From a candidate division WOR-3 bacterium (lineage in GTDB: Bacteria > Hydrothermota > Tepidihabitantia > Tepidihabitantales > CAIPLT01): a stretch of DNA of 12,982 nucleotides. The notes beneath the pieces are model-generated. The model had not been told where the DNA came from. It ran no database searches and worked only from the letters and a program-made list of their open reading frames with translations. Below are positions 1-7,426 of this stretch, in pieces. Numbering within the stretch: the first letter of the stretch is position 1; every line of letters starts with the position of its first letter. The position numbers and the translations under genes were made by a program. The stretch is taken from positions 15,608-28,589 of the forward strand of contig CBFGJZ010000020.1 of assembly GCA_965649215.1 (NCBI GenBank), given 5' to 3'.

Positions 1-1
1 T

Positions 2-436
2 GTCATCTTGTTGATGGGCGGGATTTTTTTTGCCGTGATTAAACATTATAATTTTTTAAATATTAACCGACCTAAACCAATTGACTATAGTTATCGTAGT
101 CAGATTCGATTAGAAATAATAAACTGCTCGGGTATTGATAAAGCGGGTCAGCGAGCCCAGCAGTTTTTAAGGGAGCTGGGTTTTGATGTCTATGCAATAC
201 AATCAGGTAGAAGGGTGCTGGAACATACGGTTGTGATTGAGCGATTAAATCCAGAAATGAAAAATGCCTGTGAAGTCGCCAAAGCATTGGGTAAAAATAA
301 AAAACTTGGTTTTTTACCCCTCAACCAAAAAATTCTTCCGGAAATTCAAAAAGATTTAGATTCCCTTTTATATTTGGAAGTTTCGGTCATTTTGGGTAAA
401 GACTGTCCGAAATTTATTCCCCAAGAGCATCCTTAA
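2..436 (+). CDS. LytR C-terminal (LytR_C) domain membrane-anchored protein, 5'-truncated by the window edge
   Basis: The frame is open back to position 2 (VILLMGGIFFAVI, hydrophobic anchor). It contains LytR_C-like motifs 'IRLEIINCSGIDKAG...LRELGFDV' and 'EVSVILGKD'. Its TAA overlaps the rsfS ATG (TAATG 434-438). LytR_C next to rsfS is a familiar arrangement. Confidence 0.8.
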   Translation, partial: VILLMGGIFFAVIKHYNFLNINRPKPIDYSYRSQIRLEIINCSGIDKAGQRAQQFLRELGFDVYAIQSGRRVLEHTVVIERLNPEMKNACEVAKALGKNKKLGFLPLNQKILPEIQKDLDSLLYLEVSVILGKDCPKFIPQEHP

Positions 437-798
437 TGGCAATAACAAAAAAGAAAATCGAGGCGATTGTTAAAGTTATCTTTGAGAAAAAAGGTGATGA
501 TATTTTGGTTATGGATTTGAAAAAACGATCGCCAATTACCGATTATTTTATCATTTGTACCGCACAATCACCAACGCATGCCCAAGCGATCTGTCGCGAG
601 TTAGAACAGAAATTAAAACATGAAGCAATTCGACCCCACCACATTGAAGGTTATAATAATGGGCAATGGGTCATTTTGGATTATTGGGATTTTGTAATCC
701 ATATCTTTTTATCAGAAGTTAGGGCATACTATGGTTTAGAAAGATTATGGGGTGATGCACCGCAAAGGAGATACTATGATCAGTCAAGTGATCAGTGA
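436..798 (+). CDS. rsfS: Ribosome silencing factor RsfS (Iojap family)
   Basis: 120 aa with the signature motifs 'EKKGDDILVMDL', 'TDYFIICT', 'HIEG...WVILDY.DFVIHIF', 'RAYYGLERLWGDAP'. Confidence 0.96.
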   Translation: MAITKKKIEAIVKVIFEKKGDDILVMDLKKRSPITDYFIICTAQSPTHAQAICRELEQKLKHEAIRPHHIEGYNNGQWVILDYWDFVIHIFLSEVRAYYGLERLWGDAPQRRYYDQSSDQ

Positions 799-2356
799 TG
801 CGATTAGCGAATATGTCGAATCGATACCATCCCAACATGAAATAAGTTTTATCCTTAATACTGGTTTTGGCGATTATGCATCAAATATCGCTTTTTTAAT
901 AGCGAAAGAAAGTAATAAACCCGCATTAGATATTGCTTATGGTTTAGCAAAAAAATTAAGGAATAAGCCAATCTTTAAGAAAGTTGAGGTTGCGGGTAAG
1001 GGTTTTATAAATTTTACTTTAGCCGAGACATTTTTATGGCAGGAACTTAAAAAAGCGAAAGATGTAAATTTTGGTAAGGTTGATATTGGTAGACAACAGA
1101 GAGTCTTAGTTGAGTATATTTCTGCAAATCCCACGGGCCCTTTAAATGTGGTACAAGCTCGAGCAGGAGCTTTTGGCAATGCGTTAGTTAATCTTTTACG
1201 GTTTGTTAATTATCAAGCATTTTCTGAATACTATATTAATAATACGGGTCAACAGATTGATTTGTTATACGAATCGTTTTTAGCAAGAATGCGAACTTTG
1301 ATGGGTAAACCGACTGAACTGCCAGAACATGGTTATCCAGGGTCTTATCTTATTGAAATTGCAAAACAGTTTATCAAAGAAAACATTCCACAAGCAAATT
1401 GGCGGTCTAAACTTTTAGAAACGATTATCAATCAACAGAAAAGTTCTTTACAAAAATTTGGCATCCATTTTGATTATTTTGCAGAAGAAAGTAATTATGT
1501 TGCTTTACGAGAAGTGGTGTTAGAAAGACTCAAAGATTATTGTTATCAAAAAGAGGGAGCGTTATGGTTTCGTGCTTCCCAATTTAACGACAGCGAAGAT
1601 CGAGTTTTAATTACCGCAAACGGACGAGCCACTTATTTTCTATCGGATTTGGCGTATCATTGGGATAAGTTTAAGCGGGGCTTTGATATTTTAATTAATA
1701 TTTGGGGACCCGATCATCATGGTTATATCCAACGTATGAAAGGTGGTATTAAAGGGTTGGGGTTTGATGCGGAACGATTAATTGTAATTATTGCCCAACA
1801 GGTTTCATTGTTACGCAATAAAGAGAAAATTGTGATGTCCAAACGAGCGGGTGAATTTATAACTTTAGATGAGGTGCTGGCAGAAATCGGCGCGGATGCG
1901 TTAAAGTTCTTTTTACTAATGCGGCGGGCTTCCCAACATTTAGAATTTGATTTGGCGTTAGCTCAGAAGACTTCCCAAGAAAATCCAGTTTATTATGTGC
2001 AATACGCACATGCGCGCATTAATAGCATCGTGAGAAATGCTATGAGCATAAAAGAGCTGAATGAAGATAATCTTGATTTATCAGTTTTGACGAATGATAG
2101 TGAGCAGTTCTTGATTAAAGTGATACTGCATTTCCCAGATGTCTTAGCCGCTTCAGCACGACATTTTGAGCCGCATCATCTTGTTTATTATTTATTGCAA
2201 TTAGCAAATGCCTTTCATAATTTTTATGAGAAAGTCCGAGTCATTACTGATGAACCCCAATTGTTTCAAGCTCGTATATTTCTCTGTCAATGTACCCAAC
2301 AAGTTATTCGTCAAGGACTTAATATTTTAGGTATTACTGCACCCGAGAAGATGTAA
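776..2356 (+). CDS. argS: Arginine--tRNA ligase
   Basis: Motifs FGDYASN, 'VAGKGFINF', 'VEYISANPTGPL', 'EYYINNTGQQI', 'WGPDHHGY', 'MSKRAG', 'NPVYYVQYAHARI', and a DALR-type C-terminus ending 'GITAPEKM'. ATG 776 is preferred over the ORF-track start at 752 because AGGAG lies at 766-770. It overlaps rsfS by 23 nt. Confidence 0.97.
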   Translation: MISQVISDAISEYVESIPSQHEISFILNTGFGDYASNIAFLIAKESNKPALDIAYGLAKKLRNKPIFKKVEVAGKGFINFTLAETFLWQELKKAKDVNFGKVDIGRQQRVLVEYISANPTGPLNVVQARAGAFGNALVNLLRFVNYQAFSEYYINNTGQQIDLLYESFLARMRTLMGKPTELPEHGYPGSYLIEIAKQFIKENIPQANWRSKLLETIINQQKSSLQKFGIHFDYFAEESNYVALREVVLERLKDYCYQKEGALWFRASQFNDSEDRVLITANGRATYFLSDLAYHWDKFKRGFDILINIWGPDHHGYIQRMKGGIKGLGFDAERLIVIIAQQVSLLRNKEKIVMSKRAGEFITLDEVLAEIGADALKFFLLMRRASQHLEFDLALAQKTSQENPVYYVQYAHARINSIVRNAMSIKELNEDNLDLSVLTNDSEQFLIKVILHFPDVLAASARHFEPHHLVYYLLQLANAFHNFYEKVRVITDEPQLFQARIFLCQCTQQVIRQGLNILGITAPEKM

Positions 2357-2368
2357 TTATGAAGGCTA

Positions 2369-2396
2369 TTGCCAAAATTAAAAATTTTACTACAAT
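2369..2396 (+). promoter_or_regulatory. Putative sigma70-type promoter for the EIIA / zinc-ribbon unit
   Basis: TTGCCA (2369-2374), 16-nt spacer, TACAAT (2391-2396) in the 79-bp AT-rich gap after argS. The RBS AAGGAGG (2423-2429) follows downstream. Confidence 0.55.
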
Positions 2397-2435
2397 TATT
2401 ATTATGTTAGTTTCATATTATCAAGGAGGCGTTCA

Positions 2436-2891
2436 TTGAATCTAAGTTCGTTATTAAAACCTGAAAGAATTAATCTTAATTTGAAATCTAAAAAGAAAAA
2501 TGATGTCTTAAAAGAATTGATTAGTATGATTAAAACGGGTAATGAAGCGGAAATGCTATTTGAAACGATTAATACCCGTGAAGAGTTAGGTTCAACTGGA
2601 ATTGGTAAAGGAATTGGCATTCCCCATTGTCGTTCTCTCTTGATTGATAAATTAGAAATAGCAATTGGACGGTCAAAAAATGGAGTTGATTTTAATGCGA
2701 TTGATAAGAAACCAGTTTATTTCTTTTTCTTGATTGTCGCACCACCTCAAGATCCTGGAAATCAGTATCTTATCATTTTAGGTAAGGTTGCGATGGTCTG
2801 TCAGGAATTAGCTAAGAAAAAACGGTATTTAGAGCCGCAAACCCCAGAAGAGTTAATCAATTTAATCAAGTCGATTGAAGAAAAATTGTAA
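2436..2891 (+). CDS. Stand-alone PTS EIIA component (PTS_EIIA_2, Fru/Mtl/Ntr class; PtsN-like)
   Basis: 'REELGSTGIGKGIGIPHCR' with the phospho-acceptor His at 2625-2627, and 'GVDFNAIDKKPVYFFFLIVAP'. TTG start with a strong SD AAGGAGG. No EIIB/EIIC genes in the window. Confidence 0.92.
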   Translation: MNLSSLLKPERINLNLKSKKKNDVLKELISMIKTGNEAEMLFETINTREELGSTGIGKGIGIPHCRSLLIDKLEIAIGRSKNGVDFNAIDKKPVYFFFLIVAPPQDPGNQYLIILGKVAMVCQELAKKKRYLEPQTPEELINLIKSIEEKL

Positions 2892-3241
2892 TGCCTAAGG
2901 TAAAAGACCAAATCAATCTGTTACGTACTTTAGAAGAATTAGATTTAATTTTGAAAGATATGGCATCCCCCCAATATAAGATTAAATCGCCTAAACCAAC
3001 TCTTGATTTTTTGAAAACTGCAGAAAAAGAGCGGGTTAATATTGCCAGTCAGATTGAACCTAGTTTATTACAACGTTACGAACGGATAATGAAAAGATAT
3101 GGGGGGCGAGTGGTTGTCCAAGTGATTAATGGTTTTTGTGGTGGTTGTTTTATAAAATTGCCTTCTGAGTATATTTCCCGATGTTCTACGAGTATTACTA
3201 ATTGTCCTAATTGTGGGCGGTTTCTGTATTGGGTGAAATAA
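2891..3241 (+). CDS. C4-type zinc-ribbon protein (zf-RING_7/DUF164-like), short form
   Basis: 'LLQRYERI...VVVQVINGFCGGCFIKLP...ITNCPNCGRFLY' matches the CxxC-x18-CxxC ribbon of the HP0958/CT398 family. It is coupled to EIIA through TAATG (2889-2893). Confidence 0.88.
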   Translation: MPKVKDQINLLRTLEELDLILKDMASPQYKIKSPKPTLDFLKTAEKERVNIASQIEPSLLQRYERIMKRYGGRVVVQVINGFCGGCFIKLPSEYISRCSTSITNCPNCGRFLYWVK

Positions 3242-3285
3242 TATTTATTAAAGCTTGTCAATTAAAAGATAAAAACGAGATAACA

Positions 3286-5190
3286 ATTAAAAAACTTAAT
3301 TTATTATTACTCAACATTATTTGGGTTATAGTGGGAGGATGCTTTCAAACGCCAACTTGGGAAAGCGACATTACAATTCCGTTAATTTCGCGCACCTTTA
3401 CGGTAAGTAGTCTGATTGACACTAATTATTTTAATATTAACAATGATTCCACGATTGATTTTTATTTAAGTGGTGAGTTAGATACGATTTTTCCTTTAGA
3501 TTCAATCCGGATTGCGGATCGAGTTGATTCGTCATTTACTGCGCTGTCAGATTTTGTGATTCGCAATTTAAGCACCAATCAGATTGGTTTGAATGCAGTT
3601 GAGATTACAAATTTACCAATACCAGATACATTTGTATATCTGAATCTGCCAGCATTTGAGCGTACTTTAGAAAAAACATTAATTATGAATAATATTGGTT
3701 CGGTTAATTTACTATCTGGAATCATGCGTATAAATGTTACCAACAATAGTCATCTTCGCTTTGATTCAATTATGTGTAGTTTTGACGGAGTTTGTCTTCT
3801 GAATGTTACTAATTTAGATTCAATGTCTGTTAATGAATATAATTGTTATTTGGATAGTATTGTTCTTGATAGTGTAATGAGTTTTACGGTCTTTCTTAGA
3901 TGTAATGGGACGGGTAATGATTCGATACCGATAGTTAGTTATGATTCGCTGATCTTTTCTTCAAAATTAGATTCGGTGCGTATCGAATCAGGTATTTTTT
4001 GTGCTCGACCACCTAAAATAGTTAGAACGGCAAAAAGACGCATCTATTCATTACCCATAAATTATCAAGTCCGAATTAATGATTTACACTTGAGCAATGG
4101 TCAGTTGTCATTAAGTTTAAATAATCAATTTCCTTTTACTTGTTCAAGTGCGATTAACATTCCTGAATTTGATTTTGATACTGCTATGGTTATTAGCGAA
4201 TTCAATACCACAAATTTTGTACTTGACTTAACAAACCGCTTTTATCATAACGAGTCATTGGCCTTAGCGCCGATTACTTTAAACTATGTTATTGAATTTT
4301 TACTTGATTCAGTGTTTGTTAGTATTGACGATGATAATTATTATAAGCTGAATTATGCTTTTTCGGATATTGAGTTTGATTCTATTGCAGCAACTTTCAT
4401 TGATACGATTACCCATAGTTTTTCATCGGATACGATAAGTATCGATATTCCTGATTTTTTAAGCCAAGTGCAGTCTGTTGCCGCAATTGCAATGTTAGAA
4501 GTTACTAATGGGATTAATTTTCCCTTAATCCTAAATTTAAACATGCTTACAAAAAATGAAGCGGGTGATAGTGCAGTTGTGGATACATCTTTTTATATTT
4601 TAAGCGGAACACCAACTAATCCATCAGTGAGCAATTTAGCAGTTAATTTTAATAATTTAATCAACATCCATCCAAATCGGGCAGTGTTACAGGCAACTTT
4701 ATTATCGTATGGGAGTGGAACTTTGACTCGGCAGTCTTTTGTCACGGCTCGTTATACCATTATGAGTCCGTTACGTTTGATTTTAAGAGCCGATACGCTT
4801 TACTTTGACCATAAAGTTAATATTGATAAAAAGATTCGAGATCTGATTGTAGATAATATTGATACCAGCCGATTTTATGCAATGATCCAAAATCATCTAC
4901 CAACTGCCCTGGCTGGTCAATTTGTGATGAAAAATCAAAACCATGATTCTGTGCAAATTAATATTAACATTCCCAGTGGTTCAATTAATAATGCCGGTTA
5001 TGTGATTAGTCCACGAGATACCAATTTAGTGATTATGTTAACTAAAGAGCAAAGTCAAATCTTTACCGATTCGTTGCTTTATGTTTCGGTGGTAATCTAT
5101 TTGCCAGATACAGACACAATTACGATTACCGGTCGGGATTATCTTAAAATAATTGATTCGTATGCAATAATTCAAACTTTATTACCTTGA
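3286..5190 (+). CDS. Large beta-rich lipoprotein of unknown function (start uncertain: ATT 3286 proposed, ORF track gives TTG 3211)
   Basis: Long ORF with the signal-like '(I)KKLNLLLLNIIWVIVGG-C' (Cys at 3340-3342) followed by 'PTWESDITIPL'. The mature part is rich in Ile/Asn/Ser/Thr with alternating beta patterns. Its TGA overlaps the next TTG (TTGA 5187-5190). Confidence 0.8.
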   Translation: MKKLNLLLLNIIWVIVGGCFQTPTWESDITIPLISRTFTVSSLIDTNYFNINNDSTIDFYLSGELDTIFPLDSIRIADRVDSSFTALSDFVIRNLSTNQIGLNAVEITNLPIPDTFVYLNLPAFERTLEKTLIMNNIGSVNLLSGIMRINVTNNSHLRFDSIMCSFDGVCLLNVTNLDSMSVNEYNCYLDSIVLDSVMSFTVFLRCNGTGNDSIPIVSYDSLIFSSKLDSVRIESGIFCARPPKIVRTAKRRIYSLPINYQVRINDLHLSNGQLSLSLNNQFPFTCSSAINIPEFDFDTAMVISEFNTTNFVLDLTNRFYHNESLALAPITLNYVIEFLLDSVFVSIDDDNYYKLNYAFSDIEFDSIAATFIDTITHSFSSDTISIDIPDFLSQVQSVAAIAMLEVTNGINFPLILNLNMLTKNEAGDSAVVDTSFYILSGTPTNPSVSNLAVNFNNLINIHPNRAVLQATLLSYGSGTLTRQSFVTARYTIMSPLRLILRADTLYFDHKVNIDKKIRDLIVDNIDTSRFYAMIQNHLPTALAGQFVMKNQNHDSVQININIPSGSINNAGYVISPRDTNLVIMLTKEQSQIFTDSLLYVSVVIYLPDTDTITITGRDYLKIIDSYAIIQTLLP

Positions 5191-6410
5191 AAAAGATAAT
5201 TTATAAATCATGGATATTAGTTTTAATTCTTTTAGTTAAGTTGGGTATTGGTTTTAATTACACCGATCTAAACCCAGCATATCTTGAAAATAGAACACGA
5301 CTGTACTTTCTGACAAAAGATATTTTATTAGTAAATAATACATTTCGGATTTCTGATTATACCCGCCATTTTAATTCTGATCCAAACTGGGATAGCAGTC
5401 AGAAGATTGAAATTTTAAGTTTGATACCAGTAAATGGCTTTACAATTAATAGCAAAATTGGATTACAACCGATTGCATTTTACAGTCAGTATTTTAATAT
5501 TGCTTTCTATGCGCAACATTTTAGTCAAATTCATTTTGATAAAGATGTGTTTGAGATTGGTCTTTTGGGTAATGAGTTAAATCGGGAATATAATTTTACT
5601 GGTAATGAAATTAATAGCATTAATTATTTTGGTGTTGCATTTGGAATAAATTATCCGCTCGTAAGAAATTTTGCTATTAATAAAGATGATACCAAAATCG
5701 TTTTGCTAAAACAATTAAATATTGGAGCACGCCTTCATTACCAAAAGGGTGTCTTAGGCACTTCTAGTGAGAATGCAAGTGGCTATGTATATACCACACC
5801 AAGTGATTTTTATGCTAATCTTTCCTTAGATCAGATTGTGGCAGAGAATGGTCAGAACTGGGCATTGGATATTGGTAGCGTAATGAGTTTACCTTATAAT
5901 TTATCGTTTGGATTTGCTTTACTTAATATTAATAGTGGTTTTCATTTTCGTGAAGCCAAACATCAAATGTATAGTGTGACAATTGATTCGTTTAGTGTTG
6001 GTCGCTATTTGGATTTTAATAGTATCGATAGTTTTCTGATAGCTACTGATTCATCTTTTCCCATTGATAATTGGACAGCGAAAATACCGATGCAAATTAC
6101 AAGTCAGTTAAATTATCAACTGTTTAGGTACCTTTTGATTAGTTTGTACTATCATCAATATCTGCAAAAGTCATATTTCATTGGTGATTATCAAACAAAT
6201 ATTGGGTTAAAACTAAATTATCAACCAATTAGATTTTTTAACTTAGGATTTAATCTGGCAGGTGACCTAAAGGACAATTTTATGATTGGGCAGGAAATTG
6301 GATTTTTTATTAAGCGTTTTCAGTTTAAATTAACAATGAACAATTATCAAGGTTATCTTAAGTGTGCAAAGGGATTTGAAGTAACTTTATCAATGGGTCA
6401 GCAATTTTAA
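5187..6410 (+). CDS. Outer-membrane beta-barrel protein, probably FadL/PorV/DUF5723-like
   Basis: Signal peptide MKKIIYKSWILVLILLVKLGIG, an early 'NPAYL' motif, amphipathic strands ('LNIGARLHYQKG', 'WALDIGSV', 'LSFGFALLNI') and a C-terminal Phe BAM-type signal (FEVTLSMGQQF). The family assignment is from motif recall only. Confidence 0.75.
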   Translation: MKKIIYKSWILVLILLVKLGIGFNYTDLNPAYLENRTRLYFLTKDILLVNNTFRISDYTRHFNSDPNWDSSQKIEILSLIPVNGFTINSKIGLQPIAFYSQYFNIAFYAQHFSQIHFDKDVFEIGLLGNELNREYNFTGNEINSINYFGVAFGINYPLVRNFAINKDDTKIVLLKQLNIGARLHYQKGVLGTSSENASGYVYTTPSDFYANLSLDQIVAENGQNWALDIGSVMSLPYNLSFGFALLNINSGFHFREAKHQMYSVTIDSFSVGRYLDFNSIDSFLIATDSSFPIDNWTAKIPMQITSQLNYQLFRYLLISLYYHQYLQKSYFIGDYQTNIGLKLNYQPIRFFNLGFNLAGDLKDNFMIGQEIGFFIKRFQFKLTMNNYQGYLKCAKGFEVTLSMGQQF

Positions 6411-6421
6411 GTTGGTAAAAT

Positions 6422-6967
6422 TTAATCTCGCTTGATTTTGATAGTTTTAATTGCGGTTTTGAAAAGTGGCTCACAATTAGAAAAATTATCAGGTAGGGTC
6501 CGAAATGAAACATTAATGATAGTTTCGTCTTTTAAGATAAAGACATCATAGACCGTGTAAGTGGCAGTAGAAACCATTTCGATAGCTTCCAGACTATCAA
6601 CAGAGATGTTTTCTCGTCTTGTGATTTGAGTTTCTTTGAGCATTAAACTGTCAGGATTAATACCAGCGGCTAAAGCGGCATTTTTTTCTTGTTCATAGAT
6701 CATCTGCTCATCAGCAATTAAAGAATCAACAAATTCAGATAAGGATTCATCTGCTTTTAAGTCATAATCGACAACTTGACCAAGATTATCGTCAGGATTG
6801 TTAATATCATAAAAGACATTGGAATTTTTATTATCAACTTGCCAGCCATTAGGTAATTGCATTGTAAAGCCAAGTTCCTCAATGGAAACTTGATTGGGTG
6901 ATTTTTTGCAAGCAGAGATTACAACTATTGTTAATATAAGGACGAATGCTAATTTTAGTCTTTTCAT
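6422..6967 (-). CDS. Lipoprotein, probable PsbP/Mog1/DcrB-like fold
   Basis: Lipobox MKRLKLAFVLILTIVVISA-C. 'LGFTMQLPNGWQV', 'ISVDSLEAIEM', 'YDVFILKDETIINVSF' and a terminal 'F..AIKTIKI' helix-strand follow the PsbP-like pattern. Confidence 0.7.
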   Translation of the reverse strand: MKRLKLAFVLILTIVVISACKKSPNQVSIEELGFTMQLPNGWQVDNKNSNVFYDINNPDDNLGQVVDYDLKADESLSEFVDSLIADEQMIYEQEKNAALAAGINPDSLMLKETQITRRENISVDSLEAIEMVSTATYTVYDVFILKDETIINVSFRTLPDNFSNCEPLFKTAIKTIKIKRD

Positions 6968-6973
6968 AATTTT

Positions 6974-7001
6974 ATTGTATAAAGATTAAATAAAATGTCA
7001 A
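6974..7001 (-). promoter_or_regulatory. Putative sigma70 promoter giving a leaderless transcript of the 6967 lipoprotein
   Basis: The minus strand reads TTGACA (7001-6996), 16 nt, TACAAT (6979-6974), AAAATT, then ATG (6967). No SD is present. Confidence 0.7.
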
Positions 7002-7046
7002 ATGTTATTTTAACTCAGAAATCAGCAAGAACGATAAATAAACTAT

Positions 7047-7070
7047 TATTTCTATTTATAAATAGAAATA
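7047..7070. repeat. Perfect 24-bp palindrome TATTTCTATTTATAAATAGAAATA (candidate operator)
   Basis: The sequence equals its own reverse complement over 7047-7070 and lies 45 bp upstream of the minus-strand -35. Confidence 0.75.
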
Positions 7071-7377
7071 TATTTACGCAAAATATGAGATAAGTTATTT
7101 ATAATCAAAGGGTAAGCTCAAAATCTCTTAAAAAGAGGGTATAGTGGCCTGGGTGATGTATGGGGACAAGTAAAGAGGGTGTCAAGCAAGGAAAAGATTT
7201 TTGTGGCTTTGAGTGTGTGTTAAAGAGTTGGTTAGGTCTTAGATGTGTTAGTAAAGGTAATTTTATTTCATCGCTGTTGATAGTTGGTTAGTGGTTAAAA
7301 TGGCGGTCAAATTGACGATACAGAAGATAGTCAAGAGGAAAATAAAGATGCAGAATAGGATTTAATACATCAAAAAA

Positions 7378-7403
7378 CTTAACGAATTCTTAATCGTTCT
7401 TAA
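7378..7403 (+). promoter_or_regulatory. Three helically phased CTTAA direct repeats (candidate activator site)
   Basis: CTTAA at 7378, 7389 and 7399 (periods 11 and 10 bp), ending 23 bp before the -35 of the protease promoter. Confidence 0.45.
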
Positions 7404-7426
7404 CAAGATTATAGCATATATTTTTA

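Noticed and set aside
752-775. ORF-track start of argS at 752
   Set aside because: ATG 776 has a well-spaced AGGAG and a smaller overlap with rsfS.
2436-2891. Assigning the symbol ptsN or a sugar-specific PTS function
   Set aside because: EIIA-Fru and EIIA-Ntr cannot be separated by eye, and no rpoN, hpf or EIIBC context is present in the window.
3255-3261. TTGTCA (+) / TTGACA (-) as a -35 element upstream of the lipoprotein
   Set aside because: No acceptable -10 hexamer at 16-18 nt on either strand.
72-4544. Minus-strand ORFs 72-287, 937-1179, 2402-2620, 3076-3261 and 4353-4544
   Set aside because: They are antisense to well-supported genes and have no independent coding signal.
7180-7185. 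Second minus-strand TTGACA in the intergenic region
   Set aside because: No -10 match at suitable spacing.
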